Shown here in pieces: positions 8,944 to 18,437 of a DNA stretch of 64,000 bases; position 1 is the first letter of the stretch, and each line of letters opens with the position of its first letter. The stretch lies in IMG/VR virus record IMGVR_UViG_3300025580_000039, positions 5,619-69,618 of that record; one strand, given 5' to 3'. The notes below the pieces were generated by a model that was not told the origin of the DNA, did not search any database, and worked only from the letters and a program-made list of their open reading frames with translations. The translations under genes were made by a program, and so were the position numbers. This DNA comes from a virus. Lineage: Duplodnaviria > Caudoviricetes.

Positions 8944-9918
8944 TCACCTCAAGAACCCGGGTCGTCCCGTCCGGCGGTTGCGGAGGGTTGGGTCGTTCGC
9001 GATCGTGATGGCCAGCTCGCCGTTCAGCGGAGCCATCACGGTGAAGGCGGCGTCATCGAGGTACTCGAAGGCGTCGGCGAGCGCCGAGAAGGAAACGGCC
9101 GCGGTAGCGAGGTTGAGGTCGACGACGCCGACCCGGATGCCCGGCGGGGTCGTCCCGATGATCCGGTCTTCCGAGAGGACTTGGGCGTCGAGCATGGGTT
9201 CCGTGCCCATCACCACCATCGTGTGGACCAAGAAGGAGTCGAAGTCGGTCGAGATGGCATACGGGTCAGCCAGGTTGCCGGTCGAGATGCGGATCGACCC
9301 TGCCGTCGTAGGGAACGCGGTGTAGCGAAGCACCTCGATGTCGTTGGCGTACAGGTAGACGGTCGAGCCCTGCCGGATGACCCGGAGGTCGCCCGCCAAG
9401 TCGCTGGTAGGCAGGTAGGCGGACTCGACCGTCACACCCCCGACCACGACAGCAACCTCGTAGCGGTCGCCGAACGCCCCGCCCGTCTTCCTCGACACCT
9501 GCGCGTAGTTGTTGGCATCGATCCAGAGGGACAGGACGGCCAGCTCGACGGGTGTGGCGGGGGGTAGAGCGACCACGTCCGTCTGGACGGCGAACGAGAC
9601 CTCCGCATCCGTGTCGGTTACGGTTGCGATGGATGTGATGCGCGCGTAGGCGGCCGCCCCAGCTCCGACATCGAGGTGGAGGCGGCCGTCCGATTCGGAC
9701 GCGGCCGACCCAGCTCCGTTGACCGCCACGGTCCAGAGGGCTGGGTCGACCACGACCCCGTCGAACGGGTCATCCATGCTGGTGTCGAGCAGGCCGAATG
9801 CGGCGATCTCAACGCGTGTCCCACCCGACACCGGCCCACTGCCCGGTGTGACCAGGATGAGGCCCTGTCCGTAGACCACCCCACCCCGGTAGACGATCCC
9901 TGTTCGATAGATACCCAC
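8944..9918 (-). CDS. Split IPT/TIG-domain virion protein with inserted beta-sandwich
   Basis: ILVTPGSGPVSGGTRVEI is a classic IPT N-half; IIGTTPPG...GVVDLNL...DAFEY is the C-half. About 190 aa of beta-rich sequence lies between them. Confidence 0.7.
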   Translation of the reverse strand: MGIYRTGIVYRGGVVYGQGLILVTPGSGPVSGGTRVEIAAFGLLDTSMDDPFDGVVVDPALWTVAVNGAGSAASESDGRLHLDVGAGAAAYARITSIATVTDTDAEVSFAVQTDVVALPPATPVELAVLSLWIDANNYAQVSRKTGGAFGDRYEVAVVVGGVTVESAYLPTSDLAGDLRVIRQGSTVYLYANDIEVLRYTAFPTTAGSIRISTGNLADPYAISTDFDSFLVHTMVVMGTEPMLDAQVLSEDRIIGTTPPGIRVGVVDLNLATAAVSFSALADAFEYLDDAAFTVMAPLNGELAITIANDPTLRNRRTGRPGFLR

Positions 9919-9929
9919 CAGCTACCCGC

Positions 9930-10517
9930 TCAGGCGGCCTCCTCGGCGGCGGGTGGGAGGGCGGGCTCGGCCGGCTTGGCCTCCTCGGCGGCCGGCGTGA
10001 GCGCCTTGGCCGCCTCGGGCTTGAACGCCACCAGCACCCCTTCCGTCTCCTCCCCATCCGACTTGATGGCCTGCTCGAACGCCTCGACGTACGGGATGAG
10101 CTGGCGGGTCACCGCCCCCCTGGTCAAGTGGGGGGCCTGCTTGGTGAGGTCGTTGTCACCGACGACCCGGTCGTAGACAGTCAGGAGGAACTCGACGTCC
10201 TCGCGGGAGAGCAGCATAGTGATGGACTCGTCGGTGGCGGGCATGCGCTTGAGGTCGGTGGCGAGCCCCTCGACCATCTTCTCGTTGACGCCGAACTTGA
10301 CGAGCAGGTCGGCGAACGCCTGGACGATCCCGGGTTCGAGCGAGGGGGTCGACTTGGACAGGTCATCCTCCCCCTCCCACAGGTCCATGAGGGACGCGTG
10401 GTTCTTGCTCTCGTTCCGATCCTTCGGCCGGAAGACCTCCAGGTAGCGGAAGAAGAGGGTCCGGGTAGACTGCTTGATCGTCAGGTTCCATGCGGGGGGT
10501 CGTGCTTTCCTTGCCAT
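9930..10517 (-). CDS. Hypothetical helical protein, possible fibre-assembly chaperone (start probably 10517)
   Basis: AGGA RBS before ATG 10517; acidic Ala/Pro/Glu tail; lies downstream of the long fibre gene. The function is inferred from position only. Confidence 0.6.
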   Translation of the reverse strand: MARKARPPAWNLTIKQSTRTLFFRYLEVFRPKDRNESKNHASLMDLWEGEDDLSKSTPSLEPGIVQAFADLLVKFGVNEKMVEGLATDLKRMPATDESITMLLSREDVEFLLTVYDRVVGDNDLTKQAPHLTRGAVTRQLIPYVEAFEQAIKSDGEETEGVLVAFKPEAAKALTPAAEEAKPAEPALPPAAEEAA

Positions 10518-10554
10518 CTTCGGTTTTCCTTTCGCGCTCTCCAATGGGAGCGGT

Positions 10555-11160
10555 TTAGATGAAACAGTAGTCGGCGGCCCTCGCGCGGGGCCCAGGGAAC
10601 GTCAAGCTCTCCCTCGTTCGGCTGATCGCCTGCCACGCGTGCCCAACGAGGCTGTCGCGACCGATGTGCTGAGCGAGGTTTGGGTAGTGCGTGTAGGCCG
10701 CGACCTTCGCGTCACCGATCCAGTCGGTGAGGAATCGGTCCCAGAAGTGGGCGCGGTGCGCCGGGTATCGTGCGCGGCACGCGCGAACCCCTTCGACCGC
10801 CGCCCCCACGAGGTTTCGACGGATGGCCATCAGGTACGTGTAGAACGACTGGTCGTCGATCGGGACCCACCCGCACCGCGTCAGGTACTTGAGGTTGCAG
10901 AACGACAGGAAACCTGCGTTCGCTGGAGCACGAGCGAGTAGCCTGGGTAGTACGGCGGCGAGGTCGGGCAGGCAGATGACGTCGTCCTCGGCACGCACGA
11001 CCCAATCGCTCGTCTGTTCGGCCGCCCCAACCTCCAGGGTCCTGAGTGCGTTCTCGGTCAAGCCACGACCATCATCCTCGACGAACGTGCAATCGAACCC
11101 AGGCAAGAGGCCCACGCGGGATTCGCGGCGGGCCGGGTGGCTCGTGACCGCTACCTTCAT
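10555..11160 (-). CDS. GT-A fold glycosyltransferase (GT25/GT2-like), 201 aa
   Basis: WVVRAEDDVI (EDD metal-binding motif) and YPNLAQHIG...SLVGH C-terminal motif. ATGA overlap with the fibre stop. Confidence 0.75.
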   Translation of the reverse strand: MKVAVTSHPARRESRVGLLPGFDCTFVEDDGRGLTENALRTLEVGAAEQTSDWVVRAEDDVICLPDLAAVLPRLLARAPANAGFLSFCNLKYLTRCGWVPIDDQSFYTYLMAIRRNLVGAAVEGVRACRARYPAHRAHFWDRFLTDWIGDAKVAAYTHYPNLAQHIGRDSLVGHAWQAISRTRESLTFPGPRARAADYCFI

Positions 11161-14100
11161 GCAGCCGCCTCCAACTTGGCGATCCGGTCTTGCAGGTCGG
11201 CGACCTGCGCCTTCAGCATGTCGATCTGCTCGCGGTTCTGGTAAGCGGCGCCGCCGACCAACGCGAGCATCGGCTTGATCCCAACCATGTAGCCGCCATC
11301 ATTCGCCCGCGAGAACACCCCCATCGCGCACAACCGGTCGAGCGACTCCTTGCTGCGCTGACGACTGGCCGGGAAGACGTGGTCACGCAGCACCATCGCG
11401 TCGTCGAAGTCGTCCATCAGGTTGACGGGGTCGGATCCATCACCGATGTCCGTACGAACCGAGAGACCGCCCGTCTCGTCAAGTGTCATGGTATCGGTCA
11501 TGGCGGCCGAGATGTTTTGCCGCCACACGAACGTGGCACCGATGCCGGAGAAGTTCGTCACCTTCATGACGAGCTGGCCGTATGTCACTCGAATGGGGGT
11601 GGTGTCGTCCATCGAGTCCCACTGGATGCACCCCAGCTCATCGTTGTTCGCGATGTCGTCCGTGTGGGCGCGGTAAAGTGTGAAGGTCGGACCGAAGGTT
11701 GCACCGTTGTCGTTGGTCTGGATCGACATGTTTCCCAGACGATCGACGCGGAAACGAGCTTCCGTACCCGTTGTTCCAGCGTACCAGTCAGCAAGGTAGA
11801 GGCTGCCGACGACTGCCGTCTCCGACACGGCCATCCGGTTGATCGTGATGGTGCCGTTTGCCCCGCCCGTCTGGTTGACGGTCACGATGGTGTTCCACCC
11901 ATTGAAGACGGCTGTCCCGCTGGCCGGTGCAAACCCGATGGTGTGTGAAACGGCGTTGGTCGTCCCGCTCGCCTGCGCGAAGCTGCCGGAGTGCTGGAGG
12001 GTGACGGAGTCGATGTTGATGGCGAACGAGTAGCCCGACACGATCGACAGCGTTCCGGTATCCGAATAGAAGCCTAGCCCACCCGCATAGATGTAGCTGA
12101 CGTAGAGACGACTTGTCCCCGCAATGATGTTGGCAAACTGGTCGGCGTACGCGCGGAACACCTCGTACATCGTATTGGAGCCATCGGTACCGCCCCGCCC
12201 CCAAAGCGACATGCCACCCGCCGTGGTGACGTTGTCGGGCCCAACCGTGTGGTTGGGCCGACCGATGAACCCATTGATCCGGGCGTACTCAGTCTTTACG
12301 GACTGCTCGTCCTCCCCATGAAACGAGACGCGCCCGACAACATCGGCCGCCGCCGGGCTCGCGGAGTTCTGGTAGAGCTGGATCTCGGGGCCGAGCGCGG
12401 CTGCCTCCAGGTTGGTGAGGAAGAGGTTGCCGATTCGATCGACCGCGAATCGTGTCGAACCACCAACCTGCCAATCGGCGATCTGGTGGCCAGTCCCTCC
12501 CAGGGCCGTCTCGATGATCTGGATGCGGTGCGCGGTGTATGCGCCCGGTGAACCGCCCGCACTCGTGTGGTTGACGGCAACCTGGTGGTCGACGCCGATG
12601 TAGACGGCAGTCGACGCGGCGCCCGGCACGAAGGTCGCGTTGGTCCTGTGGCCGATGGCCGTGCCGGCCAGTGTCGTGTGGGTCGCGTTGTGCGTGATGC
12701 TCGGGACGGTCGTGGGCGTGTCGCCGCCAGTCGTGTAGACCGTCGACCCCCCACCCGTGAGATCCGTTCGGCCGTTGAACGCGGCCACGGCGTAGATGAG
12801 CATCCCACCCCCGGGCGAAGACACTGTCCAGAAGGTCGAGCCGTTCGCACTGCAACTGACGACTCCATCGCCACCCGAGAAGAGGCCAGAGTTGGTATCG
12901 GTGGCAAACGAGTAGGTTGGCGTCGACGCCGCACCTGCGACGCCAAGGGTCTGGCCGATCCCGTTGATCATGAAAAGGGTAGCGCCACCACCTGGAGTAG
13001 CTGCGTTGTCTTCGATGAAGAAGACGTACTCGTCGACGGCGGCATCATCCGTCATGGTGAAGCCGAAGGCCGTCGTTCCAGCCGTCATCGTTTTCGTTGA
13101 CTGGAAGAACGCGGACCCGACCGCATTCGACATCAGGTTGAGGACAGTCTTGAGCGTGCCGGCGTCCATCAACTTGAAGTTGAGGTAGCCGTCCTCTGTC
13201 AGGTTGCTCACGTCTGAGGCGACGACGGCGATCTCGCCGAACTGCGTCTTCGCCCCCGGGACCGCCGAATCGTCCTCCGCGTAGAACGTGATCCGGCCTG
13301 CCACGTCACCATCGAGCGCGGCATCCGTGCGATTCAGGTAGAGCTGGATCTCCGGTCCCGTCGCCGGAGCGCCAGTCGTCACACCGGGGGTGTGGGAAAG
13401 GATCGCTTGCGCGATGGTCCCGGCGGTGCCGGTCAGATCCAACCTCGTGGCAGACGTCGAGATGGTCGCATCGGTGTGGTAGCCGTTGCTGATCGTGTAC
13501 GGCGCCGCCGTCTGGAAGGCGATGGCGGTCGTGTACATCCACAAACCATCGGCGCCGATCGAACCTGCCGTGTTGAATGTCCCACCGTACCCGTAGTCGA
13601 AGACGAGCCTGCCCAGGTGGTTCGGCGAGGTGGCGTTCGTCGGATAGGCGTAGACCCTTCCGGTTCGCACCGTGGCCCCAGCCGAATCCTTGCCCCAGAA
13701 CGTGAGCGACCCAGCGATGTCGTAGGCGGCACCAGCCGCGGTTTTGTCGAGGAAGAGGCGAAGCTCGGGACCTGACGTGCCCGCAGTCGTGAGCGTCGAT
13801 GTCGTCAGCCCTGATGCAAACCTCATCGTCTCGACGCCCGCAGACGCGATGGCGGTCTCGGTGCTGCCCGGGAAGAAGAAGCCGTTGCCGACCGCCGACC
13901 CTACCGTGATGGCGGCGGCTGACCCGACGCCCGAGTAGAGGTAGGACGCCAGGACAGTCGTGACATCGAACCGACCAGTGGCATGCAGGACGGCGAGCTG
14001 ACCACCCCCGTTGTCGTTGATGCGCAAGCGGTACGTGTCGGTCCCGACGTCCGCTTCGTTGATCATCGAGATGGTCCGCAGCGCGGCACTCGTCTGGCCG

Positions 14101-15665
14101 ACGAAGTTGATGCGGCCGGACGACACACCCGCAGCCGGCGCGGCACTGAGGCCGATTTGCAGCGCAGCCCCGATGCCGGTTGCGCCTGTCCGGTTCAACT
14201 CCAGCGCATTCGTCGCATCGACAACCGCGTTGGTGATGACGACAGCGCCCGCGTCGGCCGTGATGCTTCGGCCAGCACCGGCCCCACCGAAGTCGTAGGA
14301 GGCGTCGAGCGTGCCGGCCCCTGCGCCCGAGTAGGCGAGCAGGTGGTCGACGCCGGTATCATCGGTGAAGTACGGGGTCGACGGAACGTCGTTCTTGACC
14401 CAGTAGGTCCCGTAGCCGGCCCATGCGGCCGGAGCGTTCGGGACGGTCGCGCGCTCGGGGAACCGGATGCCACCGTGTTGAAGGCGCATGCCCTCGACGT
14501 CCGAGCCGACCTCGGCGATGCGGACCTCGATCTCACCTTCGTGCGACCCAGCCGTCGCGGTCGTGATGATGCCGCGGAGTCCTGCGAACTTGATCGGGCT
14601 GAGTGATGAGTAGGTCGAGTCCTGGCCGTAGAACGTGTACTCGCCCAGCTCATCGAGCGCTTGGCCGGCCGCACCTCGGTGCCTGTAAGACCTGATCTCC
14701 CCTCCAGTAGCGGAATCGGCGTACTGATACTCGATCTCCAGGTGGAGTCGATCGGCATTCCCGGTAGAGTAGGTATGGATGCGGGTACTAGAAGCGGATG
14801 CCCCGATGCCCAGGCCCATCCGACCCGAGGCATGAACCTGGAAGTAGGTTTCGGCATCATAGTGCCCGCCAGTGATCAAGACGCCTGTACCGGTACCGCT
14901 CTGTCCGGCCTTGAGCACCAGGGCTGTACCGGAGATGTCCGTGACCTTGATCTCTGCTGCCGTTGGAGCGCCTGCCGTTCGTGCAGAGTCGACCATGAGG
15001 AGCGGACCAAGGGCGTCGACCCCCCCGACCGGCTCGGAGACGCGAAGGGCGTAGTCCGTGATGCCCATCGGAGACGATGCCCCGCGAGCAATGTCGACCG
15101 CCCCACTGGCGTCGATGACGATCGTGTTGCCAGCAACCGCGTCGTATGCGTTCTGGAGCGTGGTACCTAGTGCGGTCGAGATGTCGGTCCAAGCGCCCCC
15201 GTTCTCCGAGACCTCGAACCGGCTGAGCGCTTCGTTGTAGCGGATGCGTCCGCGGCCAGCCGCCGAGATTGGGGCGGTCGAGCCACCCCCAAGATCGAGG
15301 TAGACGTCGTCGGCCGCCCCGCCCCCGACCCGGAACCGTTCGTTGCCGGCACTCCGGAGCGACAGAAGGATGTCGGAGTCGAGGTGGGCGTTCGTCGTGT
15401 CGAACAGGAAGGCGATCGACCCCGTGTCCCCACCGGCCCGCTGGCTGGTCAGCCGGCCCTGACGAAGCTGGTAGTCGTGCGAGGTCGCGACCGCCGAATT
15501 GTCGATCCCGACCTTGGCCTCGATGGCGTCGACGGCATCAGCCAACGAGTTGGGGTGGCTGGCAATGATGTCGTGGACGGTGTCGACGAGGGTGGGGAAC
15601 GAACCGGCCACCGAGTCGAGCGCGGCCGGGAAAGCCGTTCCGCCCCATTCCAAGATGACGCCCAT
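11157..15665 (-). CDS. Long tail fibre protein, 1502 aa
   Basis: N-terminal FP..LD...H.NSLADAVDAIEAKVG anchor-like motif; G/A/T/S-rich body; five GPEIQLY...D..GR..F.G.D modules; C-terminal coiled coil (EQIDMLKAQVADLQDRIAKLEAAA). Confidence 0.85.
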   Translation of the reverse strand: MGVILEWGGTAFPAALDSVAGSFPTLVDTVHDIIASHPNSLADAVDAIEAKVGIDNSAVATSHDYQLRQGRLTSQRAGGDTGSIAFLFDTTNAHLDSDILLSLRSAGNERFRVGGGAADDVYLDLGGGSTAPISAAGRGRIRYNEALSRFEVSENGGAWTDISTALGTTLQNAYDAVAGNTIVIDASGAVDIARGASSPMGITDYALRVSEPVGGVDALGPLLMVDSARTAGAPTAAEIKVTDISGTALVLKAGQSGTGTGVLITGGHYDAETYFQVHASGRMGLGIGASASSTRIHTYSTGNADRLHLEIEYQYADSATGGEIRSYRHRGAAGQALDELGEYTFYGQDSTYSSLSPIKFAGLRGIITTATAGSHEGEIEVRIAEVGSDVEGMRLQHGGIRFPERATVPNAPAAWAGYGTYWVKNDVPSTPYFTDDTGVDHLLAYSGAGAGTLDASYDFGGAGAGRSITADAGAVVITNAVVDATNALELNRTGATGIGAALQIGLSAAPAAGVSSGRINFVGQTSAALRTISMINEADVGTDTYRLRINDNGGGQLAVLHATGRFDVTTVLASYLYSGVGSAAAITVGSAVGNGFFFPGSTETAIASAGVETMRFASGLTTSTLTTAGTSGPELRLFLDKTAAGAAYDIAGSLTFWGKDSAGATVRTGRVYAYPTNATSPNHLGRLVFDYGYGGTFNTAGSIGADGLWMYTTAIAFQTAAPYTISNGYHTDATISTSATRLDLTGTAGTIAQAILSHTPGVTTGAPATGPEIQLYLNRTDAALDGDVAGRITFYAEDDSAVPGAKTQFGEIAVVASDVSNLTEDGYLNFKLMDAGTLKTVLNLMSNAVGSAFFQSTKTMTAGTTAFGFTMTDDAAVDEYVFFIEDNAATPGGGATLFMINGIGQTLGVAGAASTPTYSFATDTNSGLFSGGDGVVSCSANGSTFWTVSSPGGGMLIYAVAAFNGRTDLTGGGSTVYTTGGDTPTTVPSITHNATHTTLAGTAIGHRTNATFVPGAASTAVYIGVDHQVAVNHTSAGGSPGAYTAHRIQIIETALGGTGHQIADWQVGGSTRFAVDRIGNLFLTNLEAAALGPEIQLYQNSASPAAADVVGRVSFHGEDEQSVKTEYARINGFIGRPNHTVGPDNVTTAGGMSLWGRGGTDGSNTMYEVFRAYADQFANIIAGTSRLYVSYIYAGGLGFYSDTGTLSIVSGYSFAINIDSVTLQHSGSFAQASGTTNAVSHTIGFAPASGTAVFNGWNTIVTVNQTGGANGTITINRMAVSETAVVGSLYLADWYAGTTGTEARFRVDRLGNMSIQTNDNGATFGPTFTLYRAHTDDIANNDELGCIQWDSMDDTTPIRVTYGQLVMKVTNFSGIGATFVWRQNISAAMTDTMTLDETGGLSVRTDIGDGSDPVNLMDDFDDAMVLRDHVFPASRQRSKESLDRLCAMGVFSRANDGGYMVGIKPMLALVGGAAYQNREQIDMLKAQVADLQDRIAKLEAAA

Positions 15666-15668
15666 CGC

Positions 15669-15884
15669 CTACCTACCTTGCCCGTCGAACCGGAACGCGA
15701 TCGTCCGGTACGCCCCGTTCGCGTTGTACCTCGTCCAGGTGAATCGAGCGCCCTGCCTGACCATCGAGCGCTCGTCGGCCGGCACGTCCCGGTACCAAAC
15801 GGTCGTCCTGGATGTGGAGCCGTCCGGATGGGTGATCTCCGCGACGAACACCCTGGAGAACAGGTGGGTCACGACGCCACGCAC
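15669..15884 (-). CDS. Small hypothetical protein, 71 aa
   Basis: GC3-rich frame fills the gap between baseplate J and the fibre gene; its stop lies 3 nt before the fibre ATG. Confidence 0.55.
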   Translation of the reverse strand: MRGVVTHLFSRVFVAEITHPDGSTSRTTVWYRDVPADERSMVRQGARFTWTRYNANGAYRTIAFRFDGQGR

Positions 15885-15943
15885 TTGACTGGGGCCGGCT
15901 CCACCGTCCCTGCATGGCCCTCACCCTTTCCTCGTCGTCAGCA

Positions 15944-17365
15944 TCACACCACCGTCAGGACGACGTTCGTGCTGGTCGTCCGGGCGTACTCGTTCTTGGC
16001 GATCAAGATGTCGGCGGGCGCGGCACCCGATCCGATGACCCGGAAGGTCGTGAAGACCAGGTTGTCGATGCCGGCGATCTTCCTGACCTCCGCGTTGACG
16101 TCCGACTGCTCGACGTCATCGTCGAGGCCGAACCCGTTGATGAAGGCGACGATCGCCGAGATGGCGGCTGCCCGGCCGGTCGTCGAGTTGGTGCCGGCCA
16201 GGAACGAGATGTTGCCGGCGATCTCGACCTCCACCTCCGTCCCCTCCTTGAACAGGACGTCGCGGCCGAACACGTAGCGGTCCGGGTTGACGAACTCGGC
16301 CTGGAGGGTGCCGGGCAGCGCGTTGTAGTTGTATGTGATGTTCAGGGAGGTCCCGATGGCCGGGGGCGTCCCACCCGCCAGGAAGACGACGGCGTCTTGC
16401 GCGCGGTTGGAACCGGCGTTGTCGCCCGTGTCCTTGACGAGTTCGTAGTCGACCCCCTGGATGAAGGCGGGGCCGCCCGCGTCAACCGATGCGATCGATC
16501 GGACCGGCTGGCTGTTGAGGACGATGGCCTGCCCGACCCCCAGGAAGACGTGCGATTCGGTCGTCGAGACGAGCGATTCGCCGATCAAGTAGACGTCGAC
16601 GGCGCCCGAATCGGTTGTCGCGCGGGTCAGGAGGGGGTCCTGACCGAAGACGAGGCCAGCGCCCAGCACGGCACTGAACAGGTCGTCGACGTCACGGCCG
16701 AGCCCGTAGGGCGTCGAGATGTCGGTGCCGGCAATCGCGACGAACAGACGCTCGGCGAACCGTTCGTTCGACTCCCGGTCCGCTCCATTGATCGTACGGA
16801 CCCGGTTGGTCACGTAGTCGAAGCCGGGCAAGCTCGTCTGCATCTGGGTGATGCGGCCGGGCCCCACGTTGCCCGACTGGCCGACCGCAACGGCCTCGAT
16901 CGAGACCTCCAACTCGTAGAAGGAGGTCGACGCGTTGAAGTAGAGGGCGGCAGTTGCAGCCGGAAGCGTCTGGGTCTCGACCGTCCGGAACGAGATGGAG
17001 CGGCCGAGCGTTGGGTCCACCACGGTGGCGACCGGGAAGTTGATGGGGACGACGAGGTCGCTGCCGGGCGCGATGCGCGCCTGGAAGAAGACGGTCCCGG
17101 ACGCCCGGGTCCCCGGCGATCGAATGAGCTGCTCGTTGAACGCGTACTCGTCCAGTTCGTTCTCGGTGAAGTCGCCGACGTTCAGGAGGGACATGATCAA
17201 CGAGAGGCGTCGGATCCGGTCGTTCTGGGGCTCCAGGACGCTCGCGACGGGGGCGACGACGGTGTCGCGGATGGGGCCGACCTCGACGTCCAGGTTGGGG
17301 TTGCGGTCGAGCGTGGCGGTCTTGAGCTGCTCCTCGAACTCGGCACTGGTAATTTTGGCGATCAT
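15944..17365 (-). CDS. Baseplate J-like wedge protein (473 aa; start 17365)
   Basis: GPIRDTVVAP, R.PGTRASGTVFF, IEAVAVGQSGNVGPGRI, NGADRESNERFAERL and SGAVDVY are Baseplate_J-type motifs. Confidence 0.9.
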   Translation of the reverse strand: MIAKITSAEFEEQLKTATLDRNPNLDVEVGPIRDTVVAPVASVLEPQNDRIRRLSLIMSLLNVGDFTENELDEYAFNEQLIRSPGTRASGTVFFQARIAPGSDLVVPINFPVATVVDPTLGRSISFRTVETQTLPAATAALYFNASTSFYELEVSIEAVAVGQSGNVGPGRITQMQTSLPGFDYVTNRVRTINGADRESNERFAERLFVAIAGTDISTPYGLGRDVDDLFSAVLGAGLVFGQDPLLTRATTDSGAVDVYLIGESLVSTTESHVFLGVGQAIVLNSQPVRSIASVDAGGPAFIQGVDYELVKDTGDNAGSNRAQDAVVFLAGGTPPAIGTSLNITYNYNALPGTLQAEFVNPDRYVFGRDVLFKEGTEVEVEIAGNISFLAGTNSTTGRAAAISAIVAFINGFGLDDDVEQSDVNAEVRKIAGIDNLVFTTFRVIGSGAAPADILIAKNEYARTTSTNVVLTVV

Positions 17366-18006
17366 CACGCCACCTTCCTGTTGCCGTAGGTCTCTGTCGT
17401 TCGATGGCACGGCACACAGAGCGTTCGCCCGTTACCAACTTCTAGTCGAAGGGCTGGGAAATCTGAGAACCGCTTGATGTGATCGGCATTCAGCCGCCCA
17501 CCCCTCAAACCACAGACCTGGCAGGTGTAGTCGTCTCGTACGAAGACGGCCACCCGCCACGCCTTGTACGTCGCTGACGTCCTGATCAGTGTTTGTTCCG
17601 GCGTCACGCCACCCTTCCACGCTGGGTGATTATCTCGACTGTTGGCCCTAGAAATCTTTCGCCGAGCCTCTTCGCTGAGCTTCTTCCCCCACATCGGAGC
17701 CTTCTTACCGGTGTTCCCGTAATTGGGATTTTTTATCCCTACGAACTTCCCATCCTTGGCTGCTGCCTGCTTGCGTCTCGCTTCGATGGTGTGGTGTCGA
17801 CCGAACATCGGGTTCGCAGAGCCGGGTCGCACTCGACGGCATCCGCAACTCTGTGAATGACCAGAACGAAGATCGACGCCGACTACAACGGTCTCGTTTC
17901 CGCAAAGACAACGACAAAGCCAGCGCACATATCGACCCCGGTTTGGCGCTCTGGCAAGCACACTAAGCTGCCCGAACGTCTGCCCGCTGATGTCGATCAA
18001 GCGCAC
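17365..18006 (-). CDS. HNH homing endonuclease with NUMOD3-like motifs (213 aa; GTG 18006)
   Basis: GQTFGQLSV...WLCRCLCG...SQSCGC N-terminus; NPMFGRHHT.EARRK and MWGKKLSEEARRKIS NUMOD3 repeats; RDDYTCQVCG...ADHIK...NGRTLCVPCH. Visibly more AT-rich. Confidence 0.92.
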   Translation of the reverse strand: MRLIDISGQTFGQLSVLARAPNRGRYVRWLCRCLCGNETVVVGVDLRSGHSQSCGCRRVRPGSANPMFGRHHTIEARRKQAAAKDGKFVGIKNPNYGNTGKKAPMWGKKLSEEARRKISRANSRDNHPAWKGGVTPEQTLIRTSATYKAWRVAVFVRDDYTCQVCGLRGGRLNADHIKRFSDFPALRLEVGNGRTLCVPCHRTTETYGNRKVA

Positions 18007-18007
18007 C

Positions 18008-18433
18008 TTAACCTCCCGTGACCGACGTGATGGTCCCGCCGTTCGCGATCTCCTCACCCGCCACCGTCCGGATGGCCGCCCGGAAGATCACGGAGGTGGG
18101 GTCGGCATCGTCGACGCGAGCTTGGTTGAACACCAGCTTGGCGACCGTCTCGTTCTTCGCGAGGGTGGCGCGCAGGCGCTTCTGGAGCCCCATCCATCGA
18201 TCCACAGCGGTCGAGATCCGCTCCATGATGGTGAAGGCGGTGACGTCCGGATGGTCGGGGACGGCGCCGACCAGCGCGATGATGCCGGCACCGAACCCGT
18301 TCGCCTGCGTCTCGATCGAGAGCAGCTCGCGGAAGTCCTGCTTGGCCTTCGCCAACCCCGAGACGGTCAGGGGGCGGCCAGTCGAGTCGTCGAGCACCCA
18401 ATCCCCGTTCTTCATGTAGATCGTCAAGGCCAT
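18008..18433 (-). CDS. Baseplate wedge/sheath initiator (gp25/gpW-like)
   Basis: 141 aa; GDWVLD...V.GLAKAKQD...LL...FGAGI pattern; lies between spike and baseplate J. Confidence 0.7.
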   Translation of the reverse strand: MALTIYMKNGDWVLDDSTGRPLTVSGLAKAKQDFRELLSIETQANGFGAGIIALVGAVPDHPDVTAFTIMERISTAVDRWMGLQKRLRATLAKNETVAKLVFNQARVDDADPTSVIFRAAIRTVAGEEIANGGTITSVTGG

Positions 18434-18437
18434 ACGT

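Noticed and set aside
15673-15924. 83-aa ORF with a good-looking RBS near ATG 15915
   Set aside because: It has R/G-rich off-frame composition, whereas the 15669..15884 frame has GC3-rich codons. The start site here remains somewhat uncertain.
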